A model generated the notes under the pieces. The model had not been told where the DNA came from, did no database searches, and saw nothing but the letters and a program-made list of their open reading frames with translations. The translations under genes were made by a program, and so were the position numbers. A stretch of 62,914 bases of DNA, counting the filler, from Phoronis australis (Eukaryota; Animalia; Phoronida), in assembly GCA_002633005.1 (NCBI GenBank). It is 3 parts of 3 records of this genome, joined end to end, with 100 filler letters (N's around TTAATTAATTAA, not from the genome) between each part and the next. Parts side by side here need not be neighbours in the genome. Positions count along the whole stretch, not along the records: positions 1 to 27,432 come from NMRA01001315.1; 2 more parts are not named here. One strand, written 5' to 3'. Shown here in pieces: positions 13,182 to 26,000 of the stretch (the stretch's first letter is position 1; each line of letters starts with the position of its first letter).

Positions 13182-13765
13182 GTGAGACCAGAGCTCTGTT
13201 TCAAGAAAAGTGACTAAGACTCCAGGCAGAAGTCTTATTTTACGCTGACACTTAACCATTACAGAATAATGGTTTAGCCGAGAATTTATGAAACAATTTA
13301 TAGAAATTATCTGAGTAACTAACAGTTATGAATACATTCTCAGTCACTGTTTTGCTCAAGTGAGATTTAGTTATGTTTCGAAAAGAGTTGTGTGGAGCAG
13401 TCTTGGTCTATACGCGGAATAATGTCTCGTGGGATATTACATCACCTACGCCACTCTCGGTACATTTGGTATTTATCCCATACACTTTGAATTCTCAAGT
13501 TTATTTCATTTTTTTGGCAGATTTTTTGACTACTTCACCAAGACTGTTGACATGGCAGATTTTTTAAAATATTTATTACGAAATCTTCAGAATACAATGA
13601 CATGGCGGATCACATCCTATATGTATGTACTTGGCTCTTTGTTACAAGTTTTCTCTTGTAAAATGAACAGTTTAAATGTAACGATTACTTAAAAAGAGAA
13701 AACGACGGTAACTGTACATTGAAGTTGTAACATTTCCTGAAAATAGTTAAATAAAAACAATATTC

Positions 13766-14115
13766 AACATTGTAGTTACCGAGGATTTGGCGCCCGTGTT
13801 GCAGACAATATAATACTTATCTAATAAAACTGAAAGAGAAGTGTCTTGTACTAACAGTTGTACCAGATGTTATGTTTGGGACCTAATTGCATGTTGAGTG
13901 TTATTTATACTGCTGCAATTATACTTTAAACGATTTTCAGAAAGTTTAATGATCGAGCCGGCTAATGACGTCGAGTTGACATTGACCTACCTTTTGATCT
14001 TTCCATGTCAGAGGGCACTGTTAAAGTAGTCCCAGGAGTGCAATACGTAAAACAATATCACTTGGTCGTATTGCACTCGGCTTTATATTCAACGCGCATG
14101 GGATAAGACGGAATT
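13766..14115 (+). repeat. Interspersed repeat (possibly Crypton-like end); second copy at 27179-27432
   Basis: Near-identical blocks with 27179-27432 (tgttatgtttgggacct, gcatgttgagtgttatttatactgctgcaatt, catgtcagagggca); ends with hairpin gagtgcaatacg...cgtattgcactc. Confidence 0.65.
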
Positions 14116-15186
14116 TGTGACTTTTAAGATTTAAGTCATTTTCCATGAAACAAACCTTTTGTGCCATATGTTAAAGCTTTGTATGTAATATGAAATGTTA
14201 AAAACATACATAATGGTGTGAAGGAAACGCGTTTTTATCATTCGTTATGTTTTGAGTAGCCTTCTCAGTAAGTGTGTGCAGTGGCCAAACGTCTACTAAA
14301 CTTATACAAATTGAATTTGTTTTAATTTTCTAATAGTAGAGAGCATGCAAATTTTGTGTTGACCATTGGTAGGGCTACACGACTACGCCTTTTTAGTTTG
14401 GGAATTGCGTATTCATGGCAGTAACAATGATATGACTTGCTTGAGCAGTTACAGGTAGAGTTTAGGAGATACGTGGCATCTGAACGCATTGTAGAAATCT
14501 GATAAAACATTTCTTAAATGATGTTCCAAACATGATTTTCTTCAGAGTTTTTCATAACTTCGAATGTTATTTATTTATTTATCAACTTTTGAACCTGTTT
14601 CCCACGTTTACAGACATGCTATCTGAGGCAAACTTCGAACAGTTAGTCAACAATTTGATTGTTCTATTACTGTAACTTTCATGTCTTATCAATCGGTACT
14701 GACACATTTTACATTTTGATTCATTTTAGAACTTTCACGTTACGAAAGAAAAACATGACCTTTTGACAGGGTAGTTTTCAAGATAAAGTAGACAATGTCG
14801 AAATTTGAAGTTTTGACACTCAAAATCGTGTTTGAATATCAACATTTTTTTGGCTAGAACGAGTTTCAATTCTGACAAAGTCTCTTGACTGGTGCTGCTT
14901 TACACACTTTGTCAAAATTGCTGCAACTGGCTTCTATGCTCATTCGCAAATAAACTGTTAGTGTCCAGTTGCAAGAGTGTCACCTTAAATCACCTAGTAA
15001 ATTTTGACAAAAAGTTACCTAATTGCCAAGTAGTTCTTTTTGTTTTGAAAACTTATATGGCTGGGTAGGAGACATGAAATGAATTCCAACATGGCAACAT
15101 TCCTTTGGTTCAAATGGTATATAAAATGAAAATTAAAAGGCCATATTAAATTTCTTGAACGTTATTGAATAAATTCTGCTTTACAG

Positions 15187-15929
15187 GCTGGCGCTCAACT
15201 TCAAACCAAAGTGCTGGTGAGACTGTCAGACGCTAAGGATATCCAGGCCGTGGTGGTCAAGTTCAGAAAGGATCATGATGACTGGAGGCAGTTGGCTGCA
15301 TTTATTGTACAAAAGAACACGGGCCGACGCATGAAACGAAAAAAGAAAAGTGACGGAGACAAATCCAATGTACATGGAAACCAAGAAGAAAATAGGAGGG
15401 AAGAATTGGAATCTGAGAGTAGGAGGGAAGGAGTTTCCACGGCTCAGGAATTGAAGTGTAATGTTGGGAGGGTCGCGTGTGATTTGGGAGAGGAACCTAG
15501 TGAAGATGAGGACGATGGTAGTGTGCGAGATGCTGGATTCTTCGAGAGGAACGCAATGAATATCGGTGGTAGCGATAGTGACAACAGCTGTGATGGCGAT
15601 AGTGAAAACTGTGACAGTGACGATGCTGAGCAAATATGTCTGAAGCCTAATGACGATGAAAATAGACACTTGAGTACAAACAAAGAAATGGTTGTAAGGA
15701 AAATAAACTTGAATGACTTTGACGACGAAGATATGATTACATCATCAGAGATAGTGGATTCATTACAGGAAGTGTCTGATGAGTCGAAGGAGGATTTGAA
15801 AAAACAAACTGATGTAAAAAAGAGGAGCTCACTTTTCTTAGGTGTGGATGAATCATCAGATGAGGGTTCCAGCGAGAATGAGGAACATTCTAGAATTGAT
15901 CGTACCCAAAGTCATGCTCGGGGACAAAG
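15187..15929 (+). CDS. SRFBP1: SRFBP1 large acidic exon
   Basis: ttacAG acceptor, open frame (ORF 15211-15951), D/E/S-rich low complexity, donor AG|GTTTGT in phase 2. Confidence 0.85.
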
Positions 15930-16857
15930 GTTTGTTAAATGTTCTTTTTGATTCTGCCCATGTTTAAACTTGCAACAATCAAGATTAATTTTTGCAAAAC
16001 AAGTTAAACTAAAGTTTGAAGGGCCACCTTGGGGTTGTTTAAATTGAAAACCTCAAAAACAAGCATTAGTCTTTTAATAGTTGAACATAAGGTGACCATA
16101 AAGAAATTGGTAAGATATCTGGGGTCAGTGCTTATACATGGATAACTGATTGAAATAAATGCCAACAGTACTGCACTGATGTCAGCTACATGCATGTTTG
16201 GGTTAATATCGAATCATTAATATAGGGCACTTTCTGCTAATAAATACATGGAACTTTAGAAGTCCTGAAGCGGATGTTACTTTTTCATTCATATGTGTAA
16301 ATTTCCTGCGCATTTGTGACTTAAGATCTGTTCTTTTACTATGGTTATAAAGCTTAATTTACTTTTGTTGTGTTTTGTATTAGTGTGTATCAACATTGAT
16401 ATCAATTTTGATTGTGAAAAGTATGTCAAGTACGTAAAAAACGATGAACCTATTAGTAGGGGAGTGTTCATATGTTGCGTCATCACTCAGAGGGTGTTTA
16501 GAAAACACGGCAATTTATGAGAGGGTGGAGGAGAGGGGTTAGACTCATGATAACATCACCATGTAGCGTATTTAAATATTTCCATCTCGGTACTATTTGA
16601 TAGTAACTGTTGTACTTTACTTCATTGCTGAGTTTGGCAGTGGCAAATGCAACTGTTTGTCATTAGAATCATGACGGAGTCTCCAATGAACTGTTGCTAG
16701 ACAGGGGAGTGGTTATATCATGATGACAGGTGATGGCAGAGGGTGGTAAATAGTGGCAAATTTTAGATGGCGTTATGTGTGAACACTTCCTATGCACGCG
16801 TAGTAAATCTCCACATTTTAAAGTATGTTTCAGTATGTGCTTGTTTGTTCTTAACAG

Positions 16858-16934
16858 GGGAGGATTCAGGGCCAGAGGTCGAGGAAGGGGCAGGGGTCGA
16901 GGAGGCCGACCAGTCAATCAACAATCAGACAAAG
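16858..16934 (+). CDS. SRFBP1: SRFBP1 RG/RGG-rich exon
   Basis: taacAG..GTAAGC, phase 2->1; RGGFRARGRGRGRGRGGRPVNQQSDK. Confidence 0.8.
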
Positions 16935-18656
16935 GTAAGCATTGCAATGAAGTAATCAAGGTCAACAAAAGGAGCATTTTGATGTTATCTTGGCTAATCA
17001 TACAGATCCCACGTTATTCTGGAGAGACGTTTTCCGGATTTGTTAGACAAAGTGTTTCCATGTATCTAGTATTGTTGCAACAATAGAAACTGACATAAAA
17101 GCCCCAGAAAAAGGCTGAATCTTGGCTCTGCATTCACTTCCAGTGAGGAAACGCAAATAACTGACATAGAATGTGTTCAGTAGCAAGTCGGACGTGTTTG
17201 TTTAGTTCAGAAGCAGTGCGCTGGCCTTTTGCTGGGCTCTCAACATCATGTTCTGCATGTTGCATGCGCACTAAATAAAACAGTCCTGTGCCAAAGCCTT
17301 TTTAGCAACCTGATTATCAGTACAGGCACAGAAATAAATTTATGATGAACATTTCACTTTGAAAGTTACCGTATGTTTGTACATTTAGCCAAACGTCTAT
17401 AAAACCATAAAACTTTCCTCATCGGCATTACATTGTCTAAAAATAGAAATTCAGTTGACTTTGATTTTTGACTTTGTACCAGTCTGCCACCAACTGGGTC
17501 ATGTGACCTTGTTTTAGGAAATTTAGCAAAACAACAGGATCATTAACATGACAAAATTTCATTTGATAAAAATGTTTAAGATAAAATATCAAAAATCTTC
17601 AGTTGTTACAATTGTTTCGTTTATCAACCTTGAAAATATTTCATAAATAACATATAAGTCATATTTTTAATAGTCCTTTTACAAACAGGAAATATTTTTA
17701 AGTAATTCAGCATTCTGGGAACAGTGTATCAAGCACAGTATTAGAAAATTACCTGTGAATCCGATCAACCATTTCTGGGATACAATGTTCTGAATTTGGT
17801 CAAAATTCAGATTTTTCTAAGGTCCTACATATACGTAATCTTAATCTAAAAGCAACGTGAGGAAAAAAATGGCACCTGATGTTACTGATACTTACTGCAT
17901 GCCAGTGAAACGGTAACTAACGTAAAGAAATGTCTGTCCAAGACGGCCTGTTTGCGACCTGGCCAAAATTTCAGCTGGCATTTCCAGAATTCAGCTCAAA
18001 CATGGATCCCAAGTTGTATAAACTTGACGTCAAAAAAAAAGATGCTACTGGTCCTCAGTTTTGGGGGTCCACATTTTCCTGTTCTTAAGATAAAAAATTA
18101 AAAAATACTGTTGAGACATTTTCAGGACTTGTGACTCAGCTTGCAGGAGTGTACTGTGGCTTAACTCTTTTTTTGGTGTTTTCAGATATGTCCATGTTTT
18201 TCAAGACCATTGAAAGCCATTATCCAGATGCGTTGGGGTTTTTTTATGTTTAATGGCTTTTGAACAAGACCACTTATTATCATGATTGGTTTTAATTTGT
18301 GCCTAACTTGCCTTAGAAATGCGAGCTCTATTTTCGTAGAATGAATATTCAGTTACAACTCTATTAGTAATGTATATAGTTGTATATGTAATAAATGTCA
18401 TTAAAGTATCCAATAGGGTTTTGATAGTTTTGGTATTTCAAATTGTATCTTCTTGATTATAAACAAGTTTCATTTTGTTGTCATAACAAGGTTTCCTTTC
18501 AGTGTCATTAGTTGCAAGTTATTGTACCATCACATACTTCACAGCTTTATCAAGGTGTATTTTGGTACCTGTAACATTATTCCAGTCTGAGAGAGGTTTA
18601 TACTATTTGTGCACAATGCATTTAAATAATTCGTAGCAAATTTCACTATTTTCCAG

Positions 18657-18781
18657 GTAACCCACCCAAGTTTGAAACCAAAGAAAAACTCCATCCTTCA
18701 TGGGAAGCCAGTAAGAAACGTAAACAGCAGAGAACTATTCAAGCTTTTCAAGGGAAGAAAATTAAGTTTGATGATGATTGA
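18657..18781 (+). CDS. SRFBP1: SRFBP1 last coding exon (BUD22/SRFBP1 C-terminal signature)
   Basis: ttccAG, phase 1; GNPPKFETKEKLHPSWEASKKRKQQRTIQAFQGKKIKFDDD* contains the diagnostic LHPSWEA...FQGKKIxFD motif; candidate AATAAA at 19084-19089. Confidence 0.93.
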
Positions 18782-19450
18782 ACTTGTGCAACTGTTGATA
18801 AAGTTAACAGTGATGAAACTGTTAACTTAAAACAAAAGTCATGAAAACTTAATGTCAATGGAAATATTGTGGCTGAAATATTAATACCTCAATGATATTA
18901 CCTTGAATGTGATACATCTTGATTGTGTATGGGAAGGATTATATCAGTCAATGAAAGCTGGCATTAGGGAGAATCGAAGAAGAAATCTTGGAAGTTGCTA
19001 AGTTAATGAATTCCAACAGGTGGCGCACTACAAGTCAAAGTATTCACTAAACCAAAATTCAACATCAGAGTAATCTTCCTGAGAATAAAGAAAATAACGG
19101 TAAAGTCATGAAGGTGGTGAAGAAATTCTGTAATTAGATTTTTGCCACCCTGATATTTATTACCTATAATTTTTGCTGTTGACAGAATTAGTCATCACGT
19201 CGGTAAAATGGTATAATTTTGTCCGATTACTTTTGTCTTGTAATGAAAACGTCTCAACAACAACTTTAAGCGCTTAATATTTCAATTCGCTGGTTTCGAA
19301 AAAAGTTTGCTAAGCTGAATCTTAAAATTTCAAAAGAAATTAAATTGTATATTTTCACGAAGTTTATTGTAACTGAGTTCGTTATTTAACACACATCCCC
19401 AACTAACAAATGTAACCTGGCACATCAATAACTTCAGTCATGGTAGGATG

Positions 19451-19530
19451 TAACGTGCCCGCATTTTGAGTACCAGTTTTCTACATTGAACAACAGGCAT
19501 CAAACTGGTTCTCAAAATACGGTCACATTA
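19451..19530. repeat. Imperfect inverted repeat (29-bp arms, 4 mismatches), probable MITE relic
   Basis: taacgtgcccgcattttgagtaccagttt ... aaactggttctcaaaatacggtcacatta. Confidence 0.7.
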
Positions 19531-20661
19531 TATACGACTATAGCCACAACTTCACTAATCTTAAGCACTGATTGAGAAACATGATAATCAAACGCTTTTC
19601 CATCAACTGCCGTGGGAAGACAAGAACGTAGATCTGGACTAGCCGTGACTTAGAAACTGCTAACGTCTAGAGTGGAAGCCAAACGGAGGTTTTCATGCGC
19701 TCACATATTTATATGTGGACGCATTATTACAATAGGTGGAGATCACTATGTCCTGGGATTCTACTTGAGCAAACAAAACTCACAGGGGAATAAATTTTCC
19801 TGGAATTATCCCGCAGAATTTGGTAGAATGCAGAATCCCAGCAAATTTGTGTCCTAATGCGAAATGTTCTCCAAGTAAACATTTCTCTGAAAAAGGGATT
19901 ATTTCTGGAAATTTTCATAAGGAAGTGGCGCTTAAACTTAGTAACTACATGCATATTTTGATATAGTATTGCAGGAATTTGTCACAAGCGGTGTACAAGA
20001 ACATAATTATGTATGCAAACTGACATCAACATCAGTAAAAGCAACAGAATTGACAAGAAAGCAACTCACACTTCTGCATTTTTTGTCAAAGAATAATATC
20101 AAAATCAAGTCCCTGAGGTCACACAAATGATGATTGATGAATTAAAATGTGTACACACAAAGCACAGCAGTGTGGCCATGAATTACATTGCCTGTCTGAC
20201 TGTTCGCCCATTTGTATTGAGTGCAATTGTTGCATGAGGATTCACTCAATTACCATAATGTGAAATGCAAAACAAGTTGTTAAATAAAGGCTACAATACA
20301 AATAGAAGAGACCTGAAAGTACCAATAGGAACTAACTGAGAAGAAGAATGTAATAAACTTAAACGGCGAGGGAGGGGGTTTACTTTACGGAAAATAGACT
20401 GTAACCCCCAGCGATAAAAACAAGTCAAATTTAGAAGATTGATTGACAGCTGACACCTTTGCTTAACAATTGTCGGCAAAATTGAAAGACAATCGAAGAG
20501 TACTTTAAACAATTGAGACAGTCTTAACAGTAGAACGAAAGTATTACACAAAACATTTATCCAAATCAAATACTCTTCATTTAAATTAACAATGTTAGGA
20601 CTATACCATATATCTAAACACCCCTACAAAAATTACTGCTATGTTTCAGGAATATATGCAA

Positions 20662-20975
20662 GGCCAAAAAAGCAGTTGGTTCTGGTCTGTGTTCCTTTGA
20701 AAATCTTGTCATAGAAGCGGTATTTTCAGGTGCTCACTTTTTAAAAAGGAAATCCAGAGACAAGCAAAAATGAGCGATTTATTTGTTGTTTAGCGAATCA
20801 AGGGGTATCAAACCTAGCTTACCCTTGCCTACATGCCTTTGTTAAGCTATTCAAAAATACGACCTAGGATGACACTGATGTCCAATGGAGTTTCTTTTTT
20901 TCCTTTTTAGTCAGTGAGTGCAGGTTTCGAAATGAATCGAGTAAAAATAGGAACCAACATATTGCTTTTTTGGCC
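20662..20975. mobile_element. MITE with GGCCAAAAAAGCA termini (Zator-like); related copy at ~28473-28783
   Basis: TIR ggccaaaaaagca / tgcttttttggcc; flanks caa / taa (degenerate TWA); second copy begins tta|ggccaaaaaagcatagctggttctgg at 28473. Confidence 0.65.
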
Positions 20976-21800
20976 TAACATGGTTTCCGAACTTGTGTCT
21001 TTATAAACTACCCTAAGTGAGTGGCATGTAATATTCATATTGGGTCATGCAGCATCTCAACACATTTCAAATCAAAGTAACCAGATACACACTCATCTTC
21101 ATGGCAACATAGTATTTATTTCATTTTATCGGAATGACCGACACAAAACAATGCATCAATGAGCAAATATTTCCCTGAATAACAAAATATGCAATAGCCT
21201 GGATTATAAAAAATCAGTAAGCTTTGAACAATTGTGCGTTTAAATTTAAGTACATATGATTGAAAAGTGTGACCTTTCAAGGCGCGACTGACCTACAATC
21301 AAATTATCCACTACTGAACCTTAGTTTTCTATTCCACCTTTACTGACGATAGCAATGTGCCTCAAATGCAGTTTACCCCCATGTGATTGTCACCCCAACA
21401 CAGCCACTACAAGGTGAAGTGCCCGCTGACTAAAAAAAGAAAATTAAAAACTGGAAAATTAAGTACTTGGCACCCAAAAGCTCCTTGGATATGCACATGT
21501 CCTCGAAAAGTTGACAAAACATCTTCAAAATTTCATATGAAAAATTTAAATTTGAAAATTTGTTATTTTCAAACTTTTCAACAAATTTACCCCACACTAA
21601 AATCACACCAAAATACCTAAAATTTCTAAAAAAGTCAAACTATATGCAACTCTGATCAAAAGTCTGACAACACATCCACTTCGATCGCATTTAGTCATAT
21701 CTACAACCATTCTCTTCAAGACTATGGTTTACAAAATCTTAAAGATGTCAACAAAAGATTGTCATTATTAGTGAAACTACAACATTTTCATCTTCTGTCA

Positions 21801-23024
21801 CTATATCCTAGTCTCAAGATTTGCAGTAAAGGAGTCATTTCCGTTGCTGTGGGACACGTCAACATCATCCTCACAGGCAACATTAGCCATGCCCTTCATA
21901 ACCACTTCATCATTGCCATGACGGTCACCGTTGCCATTACGCTCACCGTTGCCATGATGTTCACCGTTGCCATGATGTTCACCATTGCCACGGTTCCTGT
22001 CCTGTTCTTCCAACTCCACATCAGATTTCCCTTCTTTCTTGCCCTCATTCTTAGCCTTTTTAATTTCTGAGAGATATTCAATAAGTTCCATGGAGCCGAT
22101 AACGATCATAATTACATTTTTTACCAGAAAAACGGAGATGTCTTTATTATAAGAATGCCAAAGTATCATTCTGATGGTGAAGAATGGAACATTAACCAGC
22201 ATGATGTAGAGAAATGTATGCAGTGCTGCCACCCAATTAGATACCGTCTCTCCGTACTTGACGAGGCTCAGAACAGCCAATGGAAGTGTTGGCAGTATCA
22301 GATTAATGCAGGTGAATGCAAGAATAGCGTTCTCCATGCTACACGGCAGGTCATAAAATTCCTTCCCCTTGGCGCCTTCTGGTACAAGGGTTATCCAGTC
22401 ACACACATTGACACAAGTGCACCTCTCGTCAAACAAAATTTCCAGGTGATCCACACTGTCTAAAATGTCGAACGTTATACCTCCTACCAGATGCTCGATG
22501 TATAACTTTTTAGGTGAGTCTTTAGGTGCATCATGGTGACCGAGCACATGCAGGAGGAAAATTACTGAGGTCACACCTACGGCAACTTTCAGAATATTTG
22601 GCCCAAAAAAGTTACCTTCATCCAAACACCATGCAACACTCTTGAAAATGAGAGCAGTTTTGACGGTTGCTATTATTGCGAGAAGTAACCAAGCGATGTA
22701 GCCTAACGGTAGCTCCCCTAAATATTTGAACCTGTTTGCCACCCTGGTCTTTCGTTCAGGCTTAAACTTCAACAGGTGATGCTCGGTAGATGAATGAAAG
22801 GCCAAACAAAACAAAACGACGACAACGAGATCCGCAACAGGCCAAGCAAAGCGAGATAAGTTGTCTCTGTTGTACACAGAGCATGTGCTATTGTCTGCTT
22901 CATTTTCTGTGTTGATCAGAAAGTAATCCAGGACTCCTGCTTGAAACAATAAAATGCAAATACAAGCGATTTTTGCAGGTATATGTTTGAGATGGTCAAT
23001 GATTTTCTTCTTACGAACACCCAT
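21801..23024 (-). CDS. TMEM121/CECR6-family multi-pass membrane protein (407 aa, single coding exon)
   Basis: Uninterrupted ORF with several hydrophobic helices and family motifs (Q.GVLDYFL, W..AD, LPL.YIAW, FFGPN.LK, FDILDS, NVPF..IR..LW, SVFLVKN). First ATG at 23024; splice acceptor at 23059-23060; candidate 5'UTR donor at 25238-25239; candidate polyA signal at 21115-21120. Confidence 0.88.
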   Translation of the reverse strand: MGVRKKKIIDHLKHIPAKIACICILLFQAGVLDYFLINTENEADNSTCSVYNRDNLSRFAWPVADLVVVVLFCLAFHSSTEHHLLKFKPERKTRVANRFKYLGELPLGYIAWLLLAIIATVKTALIFKSVAWCLDEGNFFGPNILKVAVGVTSVIFLLHVLGHHDAPKDSPKKLYIEHLVGGITFDILDSVDHLEILFDERCTCVNVCDWITLVPEGAKGKEFYDLPCSMENAILAFTCINLILPTLPLAVLSLVKYGETVSNWVAALHTFLYIMLVNVPFFTIRMILWHSYNKDISVFLVKNVIMIVIGSMELIEYLSEIKKAKNEGKKEGKSDVELEEQDRNRGNGEHHGNGEHHGNGERNGNGDRHGNDEVVMKGMANVACEDDVDVSHSNGNDSFTANLETRI

Positions 23025-26000
23025 AATGTTGCAATTCACGAACACTGGCTCCAGCTATCTGAAATACAAAATGCAGCATTTTAACAAACAGTGTCACATT
23101 AATTTAATCTACGCTCTGTAGCAAGCTTACGGAAATCCAATTCTGAATGCAAAACGCATGAGACGAACCAAAAAAATGATGCTCATTTGAATCCATTGCG
23201 TACTTCTGATTTGACAAACTGAAAAAACTGACAAATGCGCAGTACCTCCATGCGACTCTACATGTCACAAGTCAACAGAATAGCTAGCAAAATTAAACGT
23301 ACTTATCAAAAGTTTTATCAGAAGTCGTATGTCCAGTCGAAGATATGAGCTGTGTATTCAAAATCTGGCAATTAAGTGGTCTACGAAAATTGATGAAGAT
23401 GTTCCTTGCGTGCATCAAAACGTGCTACAGTCGAATTTACACTATAACTGAAATGTCTTGTTCTTTATATAAGAGCACAACGTTGTATTTGCATTCGTGT
23501 GCCAACCAATCAGACATAAACTTGTATTAATAAAGCGCCTCTAGAACTGGTAATTGTTAATTCATTTCATCATCAAACTCAATGTAATGAAATATGTCTG
23601 TGTTTACAATTAGATTTTGCATATTTGCTTTTGCCCATGGAAGTTGATACCATAACAATTTGTAGCTTGGATTTCCCTTGGCAAAACCATTTGGGGACAA
23701 TATAAGCCATCAAAGGCCATGAACATTTTGTTAGTGTGACCTTAGTAATCATTACCAATAATAACAAAATTCAAAAGATCAATTGTCTTGTGATGACAAA
23801 GTCATGATTTATACAGCTCTCTGCAAAACCGAAAGTTTAGTAGAGCATTATTGCTATCAGACTATCAAGACTCTCATGGGAAACTCAAAAATGCACGATG
23901 ATTCAAGACTAGTTCATTAATGTTACATGTTAGTACACCCCGCGTATCTTCAAGAAGGCATTATGGTACATTCACACCAATTTTGGACAAAACTTGACTT
24001 GAGACAAACACCATTACTTTTACAAAAACCTAGCCTAGCAATTACTTGTATTAACCAATGATTTCTGTCAGCTGACAGTTCCTTGCTGTAGGGTTCATGC
24101 TCAGGTAGGCTTGCTCTCGGATTAATTAATACCGATAGCAAACCAGTAATCTCAAACAATGACAAACTCGGCTAATTCAATTGCGTGTTTGGTCTTGCGT
24201 GATCAAGCTTTTTATAGTTTTTCATGCCTGCGAACACAGCCTGGTCACGAGTCCAATTTTTTAATGGTAAGTGCTCTAATTAAAAGATTTTTAAGGAAGG
24301 TGGTTTTGCTTTAACACCAAGAGCAACACAAAGCACTGATATACACTCACCGTGTGCACCACATGCAGTGCAGAAATCAGAGAACGAACATTATTTCTAA
24401 CATTGCCACTAATACATTTAGCAAGCTAGTAAACTTAATAATAGCCTGTAGAGGGCGCAAACAAGTCAGAAATGCTTGCGATGGATCCTATCCACCATTC
24501 ACAGTATTCATGGGTGTGAGATGTGTTGTTTGTAACTTGTGGAATGTACAAAAGAAAAAATCAAAGTTAGTGGAAAGTCCACAAATTAAAGTCTTCGTTC
24601 TCTATCGAGACTAATCTCCAAATTGGCTTCAAACAATACTTTACCCACCCACAGAATTCTCAACACAAAATGTGTCCTATGTAATATAGCCATTGTTAAC
24701 TCACCGATCTCTACATTTTGTGGGAATTAAATACTTTGAAAATCTTTTGATATAATTTTTCCAAGTGTGGAGTTGAATATTACACCTTACACAGAAAAGG
24801 TAATTTACGATAAGAACTTGAATTGTGAACAATTTAAAAAAATGTTCAACACTGTAGAATAATTTTGGCTGACTGTATAATATCAATTCATAATTATTTA
24901 GCTGGCTTATATGCGAATTGGGAGTGAATTACAGTCCTCTTATAAAATAAGCTTGTGCACTTATACCCTGTGCTTTAATGGATATTGTGTTTCTCATGCC
25001 TATCTCTGTAATATCATGACTGTGAATTAACCACACACCTATTAAAAGAGAAAAGTTCCCTGCTCAATAGGAACACATCTGCCACCTTTCACCATGATTC
25101 TGCAAGGAGGATAAAAAGACACATAACAAATAAAGAACATGAAAACATTCTGCCACTAGGGGGACCAACAGTAGTCAGTCAGTCATCCAAAAACATCGTC
25201 AACTGTGATCTTTCTAGTATGATCCCATTTTCCACTTACCATAATGATCCTTGGTCGGACAGAGAGAGACGATCGACAAAAAACAAATAACAAAAAATGG
25301 CCACAAAGTAGTCAACAAAATGTCAAATCTATCCGAAAATAGGCAGACATCATTTCTTTTATACAAATCTCATCAAATTTCACTAAAATCCTTTGAGGAA
25401 CTTCGCAGATACCGAGAAAAACAAAAAATACAATAATTTTATTGCAACGAGGGGGAACTGCAGTAGTCAGATCCATTCAAAAGTCATTGCCATCTGAGTT
25501 AGCACCGTAGCCTTGGTACAAAGCGGATAAATATTTTGACGATAGTCTCCATGCAGCTAGCTGGCTGGTTATTAGCTCCGGTAGGTCCAGGGATGTGTCC
25601 AAGTCAAATTAATGCACGTAATTACACCATTAAGACATTTAAGTTCGGCTTAGCTTCTGACGAACTTCGCATATTTTGTAGTTTTACTGCACAAAGGTAG
25701 CTTGCAGTTTTTTTTAAACATAGCATGATCATTAAACTATGGTATGGTTACAAAAAATGACAAGTCTGCAAAAATGCCTATTTACAAAAATAATTCAAAT
25801 TCCTTTTTTAAAGCTTCATAAATCTAAATATCATGTTTTAACAACTTCAAAATGAGCTCTCTTGTACTCCTACAGGCGAAGTGTATACTTTTAGACTGAG
25901 GTTTTCATTGAAAAGTAATTCAACTGTTTATTTTTTAGTGACAACAGCTCGAACAAGGCTTTGAGTTCAGTAATGCAGTGCCCCTCCCCGTGTCAATCGA

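Noticed and set aside
15226-15683. Antisense ORFs over the SRFBP1 acidic exon (and sense-strand ORFs over the TMEM121-like CDS)
   Set aside because: Shadow frames of real coding sequence with low-complexity composition.
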